Position numbers and translations under genes: made by a program. From contig NC_092672.1 of assembly GCF_964355755.1 (NCBI RefSeq), positions 36,090,437-36,154,436 on the forward strand: a stretch of 64,000 bases of DNA, written 5' to 3'. How positions within the stretch are numbered: position 1 is the first letter of the stretch; every line of letters begins with the position of its first letter. Under the pieces are notes generated by a model that ran no database searches, was not told where the DNA came from, and saw nothing but the letters and a program-made list of their open reading frames with translations. Positions 1 to 15,155 of the stretch are shown here, piece by piece. The stretch comes from Antedon mediterranea. Taxonomy: Eukaryota > Animalia > Echinodermata.

Positions 1-10
1 GTCGCATACA

Positions 11-33
11 ATTTGATAGTGTAGACAGAGCTT
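11..33. mobile_element. Right terminal inverted repeat of MITE family B (rest lies outside the window or is degraded)
   Basis: TTTGATAGTGTAGACAGAGCT is identical to the right TIR of the element at 49018-49172. Confidence 0.65.
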
Positions 34-704
34 TGTAGTAGCATGCCCCTACTTTGATTGATCAGAGTGGATTAATACAGCCTGAATAACCCCCTTAAAC
101 CCACTGTCACGCGCGCGTAGGTTCATTGTATCGTCTGATAATCAGTAGGCCTCGGTCGCGGTATTTATAAGGTTTAACATGTCACATAAAACAGTTACAT
201 GTAATTCAGGTATTTTTATTTGATCTTTTCCGAAGAATTACCATAAAATGTCATTATTTGTTTGACATTTATAGCTGATATTTGTGATAGTGTAGGATCT
301 AGATTATGTATCCTTAATACACACCATTCTGTTTGATCTCAATTCTTTATGTTCTTATTCTTCTTATCTTATGCTTTCTCTTGACCTATGTAATCTTTAT
401 ATAATCTCCTTTTTAAATTCATAATGGTATTTTTTAACCTGATTAACAATTGTTACTTCATCATATCGCAATCGTACGTAAAGGATACGTTGATACGTTG
501 AGAATGCACAGTAATTAACCCGACGCACATTCTTTGGTATACTGATTAACCGTACCACAAACTTTTTAAGTCGTTGGTGGCAGTCATTAAACTGGTTCCC
601 GGGTAATGCACTCCGATAAGTATTGTAATCTGGGAAATGTCGATAAAGATTGATTAATTCCAAGCGTTAAGTTGTTGATTGTGATTGTTTTTCCTCTGTT
701 TGTA

Positions 705-835
705 CTATTTTGAATGTATTACTTTCAAATGCGTTTTACACGCGTGTGCAATATCATTTCATCGTTATAGTTTTTGTATTCTTTTGTATTTTGAATGTAT
801 TCAAATGCGTTTTACACGCGTTTGCAATATCATTC
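705..835. repeat. Imperfect direct duplication (~50 bp x2)
   Basis: TATTTTGAATGTATT...CAAATGCGTTTTACACGCGT(G/T)TGCAATATCATT occurs at ~705 and ~787. Confidence 0.75.
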
Positions 836-1028
836 GCAATTGTCTGAAATTGTTTCAGGATAATGTCATGAAGTTCCTCATGTATTTATAATTTTTGACA
901 TTTACACAATAGAAACCTTCATTTTTATTTCCCTGTAGATCGTATCTGTATGGTGTCGTTTGCAGACGTCACCTCAGCCTAAACGCGGCGGATGAGATCA
1001 TGATGATACGGATGCCCCATGACCACCT

Positions 1029-1163
1029 CTTGGTTCTCACTTGGACGCGCAAAGCAAGAACGTACGCGCAACGCAAGTTGATTTACCAATTACAAGCGAT
1101 AGTTCGGATGATCCGATTGGTCAAAAGTTTCTTGCGTTGCGTTTATATACATACGTCATTGTG
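1029..1163. mobile_element. Degenerate copy of palindromic MITE family A
   Basis: CTTGGTTCTCACT...ACGCGCAACGCAAG...CCAAT-ACAAGCGA-AGTT...GATTGGTCAAA...TTGCGTTGCG aligns to 48830-48992. Confidence 0.7.
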
Positions 1164-4100
1164 TTCAATTAGTTAATGCTGTATAACCATTTGGGGTAAT
1201 CAAATCACTAGACCTCATCATGAACGGTTTAATAACTTCTGAAAGCTATGAGACGTAGGCATAATGTTATCGTCTGCCCTGGAAGTGAGCGCCTTCCAGA
1301 AGGGAGTTTGGACAGGTGTTGGATATTGTTCAGTTGTGCGTTCGTCCGTCGTCTGCGTCTTTTAATGTGTGTACGTGTCAGTTCATTTCATTTGTGGCTA
1401 AGACTGCATTCGATTTTCTCACTCTGATTAGTATGGCACGCCAGGACGGACATAAATATTCCAATTCCAACGGTACCCATCGAGGGCACGGCTTTTCTAA
1501 ACACATTTAATTTGAGAGATCGCAGTGAATCTTTATAATATAGGCCTAGGCCTAAAAGAAGCCAATCTCATGGACACACTCACGTTTGCGCATAATCAGC
1601 CGGCCCCAATCCTTTCATTGTCTCATTCAACTTATGTGGTTTGGTAGATGTATATATTTGAGTGAAAATAATAAAATTATGAAAACATTGTAATATAGTT
1701 ACTTTCATCAGCCCCGAGGTGATAGTCTTCTCGTAGGGGAGTTCATAGTGCATAATGGCGCCGTGTCTTCATCGCTCATTACAATATCTACTGAAACGAA
1801 TCGTCGAGCACTGACAGGCTGCTATGCTGCACGTGGGTTCATTCTAGGCATGGCCCAGTCCAGATTTTAATGCCGTCAAAAGTAGTGACTGGAAACCTGC
1901 ATAACGTCACAACTAATTCCCTTGATAATGTCATTTCCTTTCGATTCAGTAATGTTATTTCAATGATTAATATTATAGTTCTTCGGTTTGTCTTGTTTTC
2001 ATGTTATTCTATGACCCGGGGTTTGACAATTGGGGTATTTGCAGAGAGTGTTTTTAATGAAATTTATTTCAGAATCAAATTTAGGCCTACAAACAAATAC
2101 ATTAAATAATAGCCATAGTTTTACGATTTAAAAGGTGAAAAAACTGTAATACTATTAATAGTATATATGCATAACGTGGGATTTGTTTGTTTGTGTGATC
2201 ATAGATCTTTAAACTCCACTGAGGATTGGACGTCGTCGAGGTGTCGTTGGCTAATTGGACGGTCAGGAAGAGGTGGTCGCAATTAACACTTATTTTGCTG
2301 AAACAGAAAAGAAAACACACATTAGTTATGAAAATATTTGATCAATTCTTTCATCAATTAGTCTCTTGGGATAAAATATATGCAATAATTACACACACAG
2401 TTGCCATAGTTTGATTTCAACAAGTTCTATTACAGTTTATAATTGTTTGGGCTTAACATATTCAGACGTATGTTCGTGTGTGGACAACCGTGTGAGAACA
2501 GACGGCGTCCGCTGCAGTGTTGCCGAAATTTGGACATCACTCAATTAGAAAAACAAGGAATTCATCGAAGAGATAAGAACTTGAATTGACCAGTTGTTGC
2601 TCTTTAGCATATCATCGTTCTAGTAAAGGTCCGGTAGACTAAATCGCCTAAGCCTGGACATTCTCAGCTACCACCACCACTGCGAAGGCAGCTGTTGGCA
2701 GCAAAGACGGCTCTGTAACCGCGCCCAAAGGTCATTGCTCGTCGCGCGTTTCCTCCTCTAGGCAACCAGTGTGGAGTGACTCAATAGGAAAATGAGGTCC
2801 TGTGTTAATATTCACATTATAGTGATCATTTCCTTTGATAAAATCTGTCACCATAAACTCGTCGTTCAATTAGTAAACCTTTACACAGGAACTAATCAAA
2901 GCTAAACATCTTCTAAGTGTACCTATTAGCATATTTACGAATGTTGTTATCATTTACAAATGTAAAAGTTAGCTTAAGGCTAACAAAATGCTTACATTAT
3001 TATGAGTTATTGTACTGAACATGGACTTCTCCTCAACAATTTTTCAACTTGCAGAATTATTCAATATTTAATAAGGAAATGTTGAACATGATTTAGACAT
3101 GGTAATTTACAGCACTGCTACAACTTATTCTTAACTTGACATTAATGGGTCACTTCAATTTAATGTCGTTTGATCGCTTTGGTTTTCAATAAGTGTTTAA
3201 GTTGCATTCGACTTTAAAACGTTGGCAGCTATCAAGTCTGGTTCAGATCCTTTGGTGAAACTAATTTGAAAATTCTCTTATTTGTTCAATTCAACCATTA
3301 AAAAATATATTTATTATTAAATTAATGAATATACAGAAAACAATTATTATTTATGTAATACTCTAAAATAGGATAAAAATAAAAATATATTGGAAATTAC
3401 AAACGAATAGACATTTTTCAATGAAAATATAAAATTTGATTTATTACGGATAACTAAAACTTATCTTTCGGAACATCTTTTTTATGAACAGTGTAAATAG
3501 TCAGGTGGATTGCTTGTATAACAAATTATGACTATAAAAACTGATGAACGCTCATTATCTCTCAAATGTTTTTGACATATTTCAAACGTGATGAGGATAC
3601 GGTAACTATTTATGTGCATATATAATGAATGCTCGCGATCAGTGTGTACGCGCCAGACGTGATTATTTCCATGTGTTTCCTGAATCGCGCGCTCTTTTAC
3701 TTGTGTATTTGAATCGATTCTTCACCGCCGTTAAAATGCAGTTAGATTTATATGTGAAAATCTTGACAAATTGATGTCAAATTACTCGATAGTAAAACGT
3801 GAGAAGGCGCAATATATAACAATAAATTTAGACATTTAGGAAATAGTTAGCCATTTCATGAATGATAAGATTTCTTAGATCAATATTTATACTTGTTACC
3901 TTCAGTGATTATTTCAGGTAAAAACAGACAATTGGCGCACTCACACGACTTCGCTAAATTGATGACTGAATCGTCTACCCGAAGGCAATGTTACTTAAAG
4001 TTTTTACACAATTTTTTTTTTGTATATACATTATAATTTGGCAATTAGTCGATCTTTATTTTTGATGCTATATGTTTTTTCAAGGTTGTTTTAAAGGTGT

Positions 4101-7100
4101 TTAAAAACAATCGATGGAATCAATTTCCTTCGTTTGAACGTGTGTGAAGATGCTACAAGTTCTTGGCCTAGGCCTACTACATGTGCTTCTCCGTTGGTTA
4201 ATTTTATATTTTAACGATTTATTTATTGAGAGGTCATTCATCAAGTTCTTTCTATAAAGCTAGGGTTAATCTGTACAATAAAACTAATTTATCAGATTAT
4301 ACCATATTTATAGATAACATCTTCGATTTTGTGTTTTTTTGGATTTCATTGTTATTTCTTATTTAAACTCCGTATTTAAAAAAAGAAACAGATAGGATTA
4401 ATGAATAATATAGTATGGCAAGCTAACAGATAGGATTAATGGATACTGTAATCTATAAGTATGGCAAGCTAATTTGTTATAAAAATGTTCGGATTGCACC
4501 TGCGTCCGGTATGGACAAAAATTGCCATAAACTGTTTAAAGAAAAAGGCTGGAAACGGACGTGCCTCATCATCCACCATTTTAAACCCTTGTTCGTGCGT
4601 AAAGTCGTTAATTGTCACTAATTGCAGACGACAACCCCTGATTGTAGATTCCCGCGAGTTGGCAGTGGTTTAGATGCACACGAACCTGTAGATCTGACAC
4701 CAAATCCCGCGAGACTCCAACACTTCACCAGACATGTCATGTTTTATTCAGTAATTGCAAGGCAGATTAACTTATTTGTGGGCGAAAATAAATCTCGTTA
4801 AATAAAGATACATACATTATATGGCACCTTTATTTAAGTTGATAATTCTAATGATTAGCTGTCACATGGAATAAGGTTTTGTGTCAGTAGGTATTGAGTT
4901 TGCGCGCCAAATGTTTGTGCCCTAATTATTATCAACGGTTTCGTCTGCTGATTGGGTTGAAAAGATATGTTTTTAAAGATGGTACTGTGAAATTCAATTA
5001 TCAACAAACATCATCCCGGCATGCATTTCGAAAAAAAAACACATCATGTTTTTCGGAAATAACAAACATGTAGAAAAGTGTCAAGTGTATTAGGTATTAT
5101 TTTAACTGACAATGTTAAGATTATAGAGGGCGTAATTTTAAGGGTAACATATTCATCACTTTATAGTACTGTAATAGTACAATATTATTCAATATAATGA
5201 AAACAACAAACAAACAATTGAATAGTATTTTGACGTCTAGCACATTAAATACCGTTTTTCTCTGCCAAAGTGAGGTTTTCCTAAAGTTTTATAGTAAAAA
5301 TATTTTTTAATTATTTATGTCCGATTATACTATACTTTCACATACACAGTAACCGACCATGATATTAATAATAGGCCTAATCAAATGTGAAAATTAATGT
5401 GAAATTTCATGTAATTGATAATGGCCTATGATTTATGCGCATGGTTTCGTTATAGAATGTTTCTCTATAAAAGTCCGAATTATGCTATACGTGCAATATT
5501 AAATAGCCGTAGTCTTTGAAAGGAAATAGGGCAAGTCACAGTGGTATTAAAACTCAATTTTGACTAGTGTTAAAAACAATTGTAATATTCTAACACCGTT
5601 GTTAGTTCATTAAACTATGTTATAATAGAATCGGTGCTGGGTTTACTCTTTACCACACATTTATTACCTCTTAGGAAATTAGTTCTGGTTCGTTTGATGA
5701 GAATATTTAGATGTGTTACGCGATTTTGAATTTACACATTCGTGCTTTCTAGTTTAGCGATCTCTTTGCGTTCGTAATAGGCTGAGTGGCGTACTTAAAC
5801 CAAGCGGCGTTAAAGTACTGAAACGGTAGTGCGAATATTGTCACGTTTGCGCGAATTTCTATTCAACGTGGAATGACATAAAAGCAGCTGGCCAAGGTCT
5901 GTTTGTCACCCGGTTTGTGAATATTGACACCAAACGCAGCCAATATTGTTGGAATTGTAATGATATTTTGGTTACCAGCAAACAAGGAGGTGTTAAGTAA
6001 TTGTCGGTGTTTTCCGAATGTGTGTATACGCTCGATATTAATATTGTTTACTTCGGCAAAAGAATCAAACAGCAGAAAGCTAGCGGATAGCTGACGCGTT
6101 GTTTACAAGCAGGGATGGAAATAATTGATAAACAAAAGCAGAAATGAAGCGATCTAAGTTTATATTTAAAACAAGAAATATTTCTTACAAAAAACGGCGC
6201 TAGAATTTTTTGTTCATTCTTTATTAAATTCATTTTTTATTGATCTGTTAATTTAATTTTTTTTAAACAAAAAAATGCCGCTCGACTTTTTGACGTAACA
6301 GTTTTAATTACATTATTGTTCTTTCTTCATTAAATTCATTTTTTTATTTATTCTTTTTTTATAATTTGAGAAATACTAATTTATTATCAATTATTTTTGT
6401 TTCACAATCAGTAGTCAACAGTACTTTTAGCTTCAGTTGTCCTTTAGGCCTACAAAATGTTTTTTCTTTAAAATATTAAAAAAAATAATCGTTGCGGTGC
6501 TTAAAATTATGTTTTTTATACTGTTTAATTAGGTTTTTTTATATAAAATTGTATAGTGCTTTTGACAAATTGCATTATGTTAATGATGCTTCGATTTAAT
6601 CGTTTCACTTTGTTATTTTGAAAGTCAACAATAATTAGGCCTAGCACTCAGCTAGATGGTTTGACGCGAACTTTTAATTCAAAATACGACGATGTTAGAA
6701 ACACGTCAAGAAAATCAAATCTCATCACCAAACGGATATTTAATATATCATTTTCTTAAAATGTTCCTTTATAGATTTCTAGAGACACTCTACAAATTGA
6801 TTAAGCTCGGTGTGTTTATTAACCATAATTGGCGGGAAAACATGCCAGGGTGCAGACTATCACTGGGTAACTCGGCACTCTTGGCGCCATTACCGCAGGT
6901 TCATTGTCAAGGTCAGCGTATTAGTTCGTCCTCAATTCAATTTCTCCGCATGTCTTCCCTATTCCTACAGATGTGAGAAATTGGCCTAATGAGACTAGAA
7001 ACGCGACGATTTGCAACCTTCCATCTCACATTTCGTCAACAGAAATTGTCATCAATGAAAGCTCCATGTTGCTTTTTTACTGCCCATTTCAAATCAGCGA

Positions 7101-10100
7101 TGATGCTTACCAAGAAATAACTAGTTAAACCTCCACATGATCAGGATGTCACAACACGAAAAAATAAGGGCGAGTAAGGTGTGATAATGAGCATTTTAGA
7201 TTGGTAAAAAATACTCTACCGTATTTAGAAACAGCAGATACCAAGATATGCTGTTATTATTAACATTTCACCATTTAACTTCTTATTACAGAAGGTTTAG
7301 TCGGTTCTATTATTATTACGGCCGCCGTAAATAAGTAAAATATTAATTCAGAATATTTAATAGAACCTTTCAACAGGTGATATCATGTACACGATAAACA
7401 TTTTTTTGTTTCTGTTAAACAATTTAAATATGTACGCGTAAGTATAGAATTGTTAGCATACTGGATTGTTAATAGCTTATGTAGGCCCACTAGGCTGCCA
7501 AAACATCACACTGTGTCTGATTACCGAACACCAGCGTATAATTGAGTTACGCAAGAGCCCTGTTGGACACCAAGCCTAACTTATGAACAATTTCTTCATA
7601 AGGAAGACGGAGAGGGCACGCAAATTAGGTCAGTTGTCGAGCTTGTAGGTAGCCTGGTTGGAATGCTTCAAGGTCGCCAGATAAACAATATTGATGGCGC
7701 CCTAGGAAGAGCCTATTTTGATAGAAACGTTCGTTGTCGCCGGGTGTTTAGGCATTATACGGGAAAATAGCAAACATGATTTCGTAAACATAATATATAA
7801 CGATAACTCAAAAGTGTACAGTACTATAATATATGACATCACAGTGAGTATCCTATCGGTTCAGGTCTGACTTAAGAGCTTAAGTTGATTTTGCGTCAAA
7901 TAAAAAGGGTCTAAGATGTACCGAGTGTCGCCTTTATGCTAAGATGCAATAAAATGAGACCTTTGTTTTGTTAAAGCGCCTATATAATGTATATATAACA
8001 GCATAAAATAATTCAAACCTTTTAATAGATCAATATGCTATTATAATTACATTATTAGTGTTTTTATATCCTTATTTTACTATACCACAGATAATAATAT
8101 AGACGTACATTTTCTTAATTGATCAGTATATTTTATTAGGCAGGTGGTTGTTATTCTATATTTAAATTACCTGTAAAACCGAGAAATGCACGCAATTATA
8201 ATGTTTATGCATCAATTTTGTTACGCACTGGAACAACACTATAAACTTCTAAGTGGTGCCCTCCCTTCTTATGCACGCAATTGAATAGAATTTATTTAAA
8301 TGAATCAATTAATACTTTAGAATTGTTAATCACATAAAACTGTACACGAGTGAGACAGATATTAAAGAAAATCTCTTAAAAATTATAACCGTAAATGTAA
8401 AAATATCAAATTGCAACAATATAATAATAGGGGGTGCAATGAAAACACATTAAAATAGCGTTATTCCCGATGACGAAATAATAAAAACGGAAACGTAATT
8501 ACTCCATGCGTAAATCAGGTTGTGTTATTGCGTGTATAAGCAAGCCCCACGATTAAAATTTACCGTAATTCTAAATAAATACCGTATGTTGTTATACAAT
8601 TTGATGAAATTAAATTCTACGTATATTGTCATCATGGTAGTATAGACAACAGTTTCAAATTTAAATATTATAATATACAACCTGAAGCAAAATATTTAAT
8701 TAAATAGTATAATGTTTGTACTCAGCTAGACCCTATGTTACATAATGCGTAGAGAGGGATTTGGAAGATGAAAATATGAATACGTAACTGATGCGTTCGA
8801 TTTGCGCGAATAAATTCACCTCGTGGAAAAATAAACTTATTACATATAATTGAATTAACAAACAATAACATTAAATTTTATCTATAATTATGTTATCGGT
8901 GCAAAGATCAAACTATTTTGATTTATTGTCAGATATTAAGACAATTAAATTTACATAACAATTTTTAATCAAATTCTTATTAAACTGAGGACACATAAAA
9001 CTTGCTAGCTAAACCTAGTCAATTATAATAATATGGAGGAGATATTTGATAAATAATTCTTCATGATTATAAAATGCGAAGACTCCACACGACGTTTTTT
9101 ACAACCAACATTACGGTATATTTGTTGATGTTTTTTGTGACCAGAGATAGTAACGGCCAAGGAGCACTACCAAAAAAGAAACACAACCAACACACATGAT
9201 TGATTTTACAACGAATGGTGGATCTTTTAAGATCTTTTAAAATATTAGGCCTAAAATTGTTTTTATTGTAGGCTACCCGGGACTTGAAATTCGCCCTAGT
9301 AAACTATAGCAATTCGCTATACATAATACTAAAGTATCTGCAATGTTTATAGTTGATTTCGTATAGCGATGTTATAACATTAAATAGAATCGTTCTTGTA
9401 AATGTTTATATGGATTTCTCATAAATAGACGATGTTATAACATTATTTAGTCTTCGAATTGAATTACATACTGGTTTATGATTGATTATGTTAAATGTAG
9501 GCCTAGGTCAAAGTGGATACTCAAAAGTGAAAACTTAATAAAAATCTGGAAAATATAAACATATTAAAGCATTGCTCGCTAAATTGAAATCGTTTTTTAA
9601 GACTCGATATCGCTTCTCATAAACTGTTTCTCCAGTGTTGTATTTGATTTGAAAACAAGTCCAAATTAAATATTAATTCCCAAACTTGTAATACAAGCAT
9701 TGAAATACAGATTTAAATTGGTTTCAAAGTGTTTTGAATGTTATTTTGGTATTTGTAATAAAAACCGAGTAGGAAACATAACGGATTGAATGTATACAGT
9801 CACGGTAATTGGATATATCTAATTTATTATATTACTTGTCAAAAGGCCGCATCACAATTGTCATTCAACGTTGCTATTTTTATTCAATTTTCAAGTAAAA
9901 GCTGTCATAAGCAAAGACTTTTCGCAAAACATAAAACACTTAAAAGCAGACATAATTTCTTGCTTTCAATTCAATTTCAATTTTTTTTATTATGTTATAC
10001 CATGATAATATATTATTTAACTTTAAAAATGTGTTGCAGAAACATAAAGATCCAAGTGAAGTTGAAAAATAAAATTTGTGCAAGTCTTTGTATAAAATGT

Positions 10101-13100
10101 CAAGCGATTGAGTTGCAGGTACCATGATTGCAGGAAAAGTCAACATCACAACTATAAAAACTTTTATAGAATAATATTTATAAGAGAGCTTATTCACTTT
10201 CGTTTGTATTTTAACTGGATTGATATCGGATACCGTATTCCGTGACAAACCGTAAACAAACAGGCTACAAAAGGAATTAAAATTTTGTTGAAATTCAATT
10301 TGTGCAGTAGCGTAACTAAACGGCTCTCGTTTAAAATGTTCATGCTTTCGGTAAATACTTACAGTACGAAATATCTTAAATGTGTCTCTTCGATACACTC
10401 AGCTACTTAATCTATTTGAGTCCATTTGAAGCATTATATCGGATAGTTGAGAATTAATTATGCACAAGTTAGGCCCGCTTCGTAGTTAGCGCCTGAAATG
10501 CGATACGCGGCGTGGCGGCGTCGGCGCAAACCAAGACGTGATTTTCGACCTAACACTGGCTTAGATTTTCCACAACGGATCACAATTTTATTGGCGTATA
10601 AAACATAAACGGAACAATTGCATGCCTAAAAGATGTGGAACTTTACAGATGTTTATTTTATTTGATCATAGTAAATATGTAGGGATTAGAGTCGATAATG
10701 GTTTCAATTTTACTCGAAGGGAAATAAATCATTTTGGAAGACAATGACGTGACATTTTACAAAGTAATAGGAATGGTGTTATATCTCATCAGTAAGAATG
10801 CGAAGAACGCTTACACTAAATTCCCTTAAAAATAAACTTACGAATTCACTATAAACTTTCTTTTTTCGTTGTGTATAAACTAAGAGCGCCAATAGCTAGG
10901 CCTGTGTTTGTGGGCGTGAATGCCACAAAGAAGATGTATGTGCAATGTCCAAAACATTCGAGTGCTGATATACACACGTTAAAACCTATACACTAGGCCT
11001 ACATCTTTCAACGTCGTGTTCATACAAACACAGTTATGCCAGTATCAATTATTTTTAATCCGCAAGGAACTCGGCGACCTGACTTATTTGACTCCTATAT
11101 ATTACACCAGCTTGTTTTTAAACGGTTTATCCCGTCAAAGATGCGTCGTGCAATTATATCGACACATAGCCAAAATTCATTATACTGTCGTAAATGTTAA
11201 ATTTTACACTAGGCAGATAAAGATAATCACTTTCAAAATTAGTCACAAAACGTGATTTTAATTAGTATTCATGTTCGCGAGTACCGCTGCCGTCCCACGT
11301 CGATATCTGTCTCGCCGTACAAAGTGTATAGCGAAATCCCCAAACAGCCATTTTGCTAGGCCCATTCCGTCATACATTGCAGACCGACAGGGTAACCAAT
11401 TCCCCATACACTGTTCTCGGCTCAGTGTTTTTCTATACATGGCTTCGTCAATTCATCGATATATTTAACGTATAAACTTTATTAATAGATTGATAAACTA
11501 ATGTATATCCGCGTCATCAACGACGATGATGCATATTAAGAAACTTGCAACTAAGACCTTTTTACAGATTTATTTTTTTTGCTAACTAAGTCATACATTA
11601 AGATTTAGACTTTAATGATAACATCAACATTAATATTATTAATAACATCTTTTGTAATGATTACACCCACTTTTATTTTCTTACATTGGCCTATTATAGA
11701 CTGTTCTTTTTAAAACGTTTGATTCTTATATTTCAGATATTGTATCATTTTTTCTTAATTGCAGTTTATTTACATGATACAATCATTGTCTTTAATGTTA
11801 TCGTAATTTTTCTTTTTTTTTTCTTTTTAAGGAAAATATCGATGACATCATGTAATGTTAAACTGCTCATCAGACTTGTTTTGTCTCTTTCAGCAAGAGT
11901 CAACAATGATCGTAAGTCCTTCTTTTATTCTTTAATATTTTTTTAGATTTACATTTTGTTTATATAACATATTGTATCATGTTGTAGTATTTAACAGGAA
12001 ATAAATATATTTGGTTGGATTGTGAGCTTTCGGACGAGATAAGATGAAATCGAGGGCGCTGTGTTTTAACTCTTCAGTCACCTTTTTGTGTTTATATCCG
12101 TATTAAAGAATAAAAAATACCTTTGTTATAGTTTTAGATTTAATTCGTTTCGTATTTTACAGAATATTATTGTTTTCTATCTGCGACACAATGAATCAAA
12201 CATCTCTTAACTCCAACGTCTTAAGCCCATCTAACTGAATTAAAGATGTGATCTAAAATATTCCTTACAGAGACGCGAGAGATAATAAAATAATAATATT
12301 TACAACCCTTTCTGCGCCAGTCAGGGATTAGCGAATAAAGCGCTTTAAATAATGACATCAATTGGCAGAGAACAACATACAGGCTCCCATAGGTAGGCTT
12401 GTCTCTGTAGTAACATTTCACACTAAATCACATACGGGTGCTAATTGACTATATCATATCTGGATTTTCCTGTCAACCATTAATTTTATTTTCTGCTCAT
12501 CCTCTTTGATGGAAATAGACAAAACAGATAATCCATCGTCACTCTATTTGGTTTGTGCAGTCATGGTTCAACTTCATGTGTTCTTCTTCGGTTCTCAGTC
12601 GTAACTCTAGGCCTATCTGGTGTTCATTGATTTGATTCGTTTTGTAATCCGTTGCCGTGGAATTGTATACTCCACCTCCTTGAATGTGTACTTTTTCGGG
12701 CAATATTACTCTTCGGTGCTGTTTACCATATTTTTGTTGCTTCTTCGCCCAGTCATGCAACTTTTGTCCACTCGTTTGAATGTGCACATTTTACAATTGT
12801 TAGGCCTATATTCTTTCTAAATTCTTCTTCATGCCAATGTTTGTACTGAGATCCACCTCCATCTTCATTTTTTCAACAAAATGGTTCAATCCTTTATTTT
12901 TCGCTCAGTGTTTATACACTTGAATATGTGTTTATTCAACAATATTTATTTTTTAGGAATTAATTCTGGTATAATGATAAATAATTTTTTTATAGCTATA
13001 GGTATATTATGTCATCATGGTATTCCTAAATAAAAAGATGAATGAATGAATAATAATTTGCCTACTACCGTACTTTTTTCTCCCAGATTTATATTTTTTA

Positions 13101-14040
13101 ACATTTTCGTTTGTTTTGACGAATTCAATCGTCAAAAAGTTTCTATTTTCGTGCAATATCATTATTGAACAAATATTTACATCAATGTTCCGATTTACCA
13201 TTTTGATATTTAATGTTGGTCCCCGCCTAAATTTGTTTAAATATCAACTCATTTTAATACGGTATCAGACAGTTCAAGAGAACGCAATCAAGTTAGGTAT
13301 CTTATTTGACATGCATCAATAATACATAATACACAAATTATTGTTTTTGATACTTATTGTCTTTTGGACGAAAATAAAATGTTATTTGAAAAGTGAAAAA
13401 TACAAGCATTAATACATGCATTTCATAATGTAACATTTTTTTTTGCAGTTTACAGTTCATGTTCGGATCATTGCCTTTTGGTGTATTCCCTCTGGAAATA
13501 CTTTCACAAAAGCGTCATTCCCAACTGAGACTATTTCAACTTGTTTCCCCTAATCACATGTTTCAAACGCTTTCCCCTGGCGCTAACCTTTATAATGTTA
13601 TACATTTTGAGGTTTTCGATTAGGGTAAAACAGTTAAGATTAACACTAAACGCTCGTTTGTAGTTAATTGCATATGGTTGATCTCATCGACCTTCAACTG
13701 GTGTCTGAAGTTAGTTCATGTGCTGCGTCCATTGGGTGAAAACATTAGCCGTTGGTGTCAAAAAGATTTTTAGCGACAAAACTTTGTGAAGACCGTTGCA
13801 TGTGTGTTGGTACAGCAAGGTTGTTTATACCTTTTACAGCTTCAATTTCAAAATTTGATTTATTGTTTTAATTTATTTTCAGAGTTTTCAATTAATTTTG
13901 TTGCAATTTTGATTATTTGTTGTCATCGCATCAACAATCACAATACTATTTATGGCTGATTTGCACCAAAATAAAAAAAAATATACAACTTCTAAATTTT
14001 AATTAGTAGGACTATTTAAATAATTTATTTTAACATCAAT

Positions 14041-14067
14041 TTCTTCTTCTTCTTCTTCTTCTTCTTC
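14041..14067. repeat. (TTC)9 microsatellite
   Basis: Direct read of the sequence. Confidence 0.9.
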
Positions 14068-15029
14068 AAGAAAATACAAATTTTCAGGGAGAGTTAAATA
14101 GTGTATTATTTATTAAAAAAAATATACATACTTTTCTATTTGACTTCCTAATGGCGGTGTATGAATGTGCCTATTTGCTGTAGGCCTGTTGGCATCCAAT
14201 TCATTGCCAGAAATAACGTTCCGGCGTGCTTATTCCCTGTGCGTAATTGTAGATTTCTGACGCTAGGAATTTCATCAAAACCAGTATACGGTATTTCTAA
14301 TGGATAGCCTACTATGTCTCTTTTCATTTTTATAATAATTTACATGATTGAAAACCACAGGACAACAATAAATATTCAATATGAATATTTCTATAGAATT
14401 CCAGTTAATAATAACAACGAATAAAGAATTCTATTATACGAATATTTTGTGAAACTTTTAATGAAAATATTTCGATTGCGTACGTAAGGCAGTAAGCGCT
14501 ACCGGGCTTGGTGGATTTAGCTTCTGGTTGATCATGAATCAATACAAATGCATGTTGATTGTTTTCAGCCTAGCAAATATGTTTATTGTCATGGGACACA
14601 GTGTTCAGTGAGTGTAGTAATACTCGATAGTTCTGGAACATTTACCGTGTCGAGGCTTTTCAGAGCTTTCACAAACACAGATAGTGTCAATTTTATGTGC
14701 TTGCTTTTCCAACGGAAATATACTGCGGTCCAGATCTACGACCCGGAACAATCTTACCCGTTGTTAATACTAAACGAGGATAAACAATAGTGGCGTTCCC
14801 AGCACCCAAGAAGACCTCTCTGTCCCGCGAGGAATTGGGGTTGTGCCGACTCTTCTCTGCGTTTAACCACCAAAGTCGCTAGGGACACACTAAGATGTAT
14901 GATGGCCACCTTAAAGGCGGTTTCCCCGTGGAACCATAAATTATCAAATACAAAGTGCAAGAACCTATTAAACTTGCTACTAACTATAATTTTTTTTCTT
15001 AAATACTAGAACAATTAAAGTTATTTTGT

Positions 15030-15155
15030 TATTTTTTATTTTTTTATTTATTCAATTTCTGCCATATACCATATATAACAAAGAAGACAAAACAATTATA
15101 AAAGGAGGCACGGAAAGACCAAACAGGTGCTAAACACCTATGCTAGTTGGTCAAC
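15030..15155 (-). mobile_element. Probable 3' tail remnant of a non-LTR retrotransposon
   Basis: Stem-loop GACCAA..AGGTG-CTAAA-CACCT..TTGGTC followed on the minus strand by AATAAA and an A-rich tail. No ORF is recognisable. Confidence 0.3.

Noticed and set aside
9786-10398. Overlapping 113-aa and 152-aa ORFs, and the many other 60-115 aa ORFs in the track
   Set aside because: Composition is F/I/L/K/Y-rich as expected from AT-rich non-coding DNA; no motifs or consistent splice structure.
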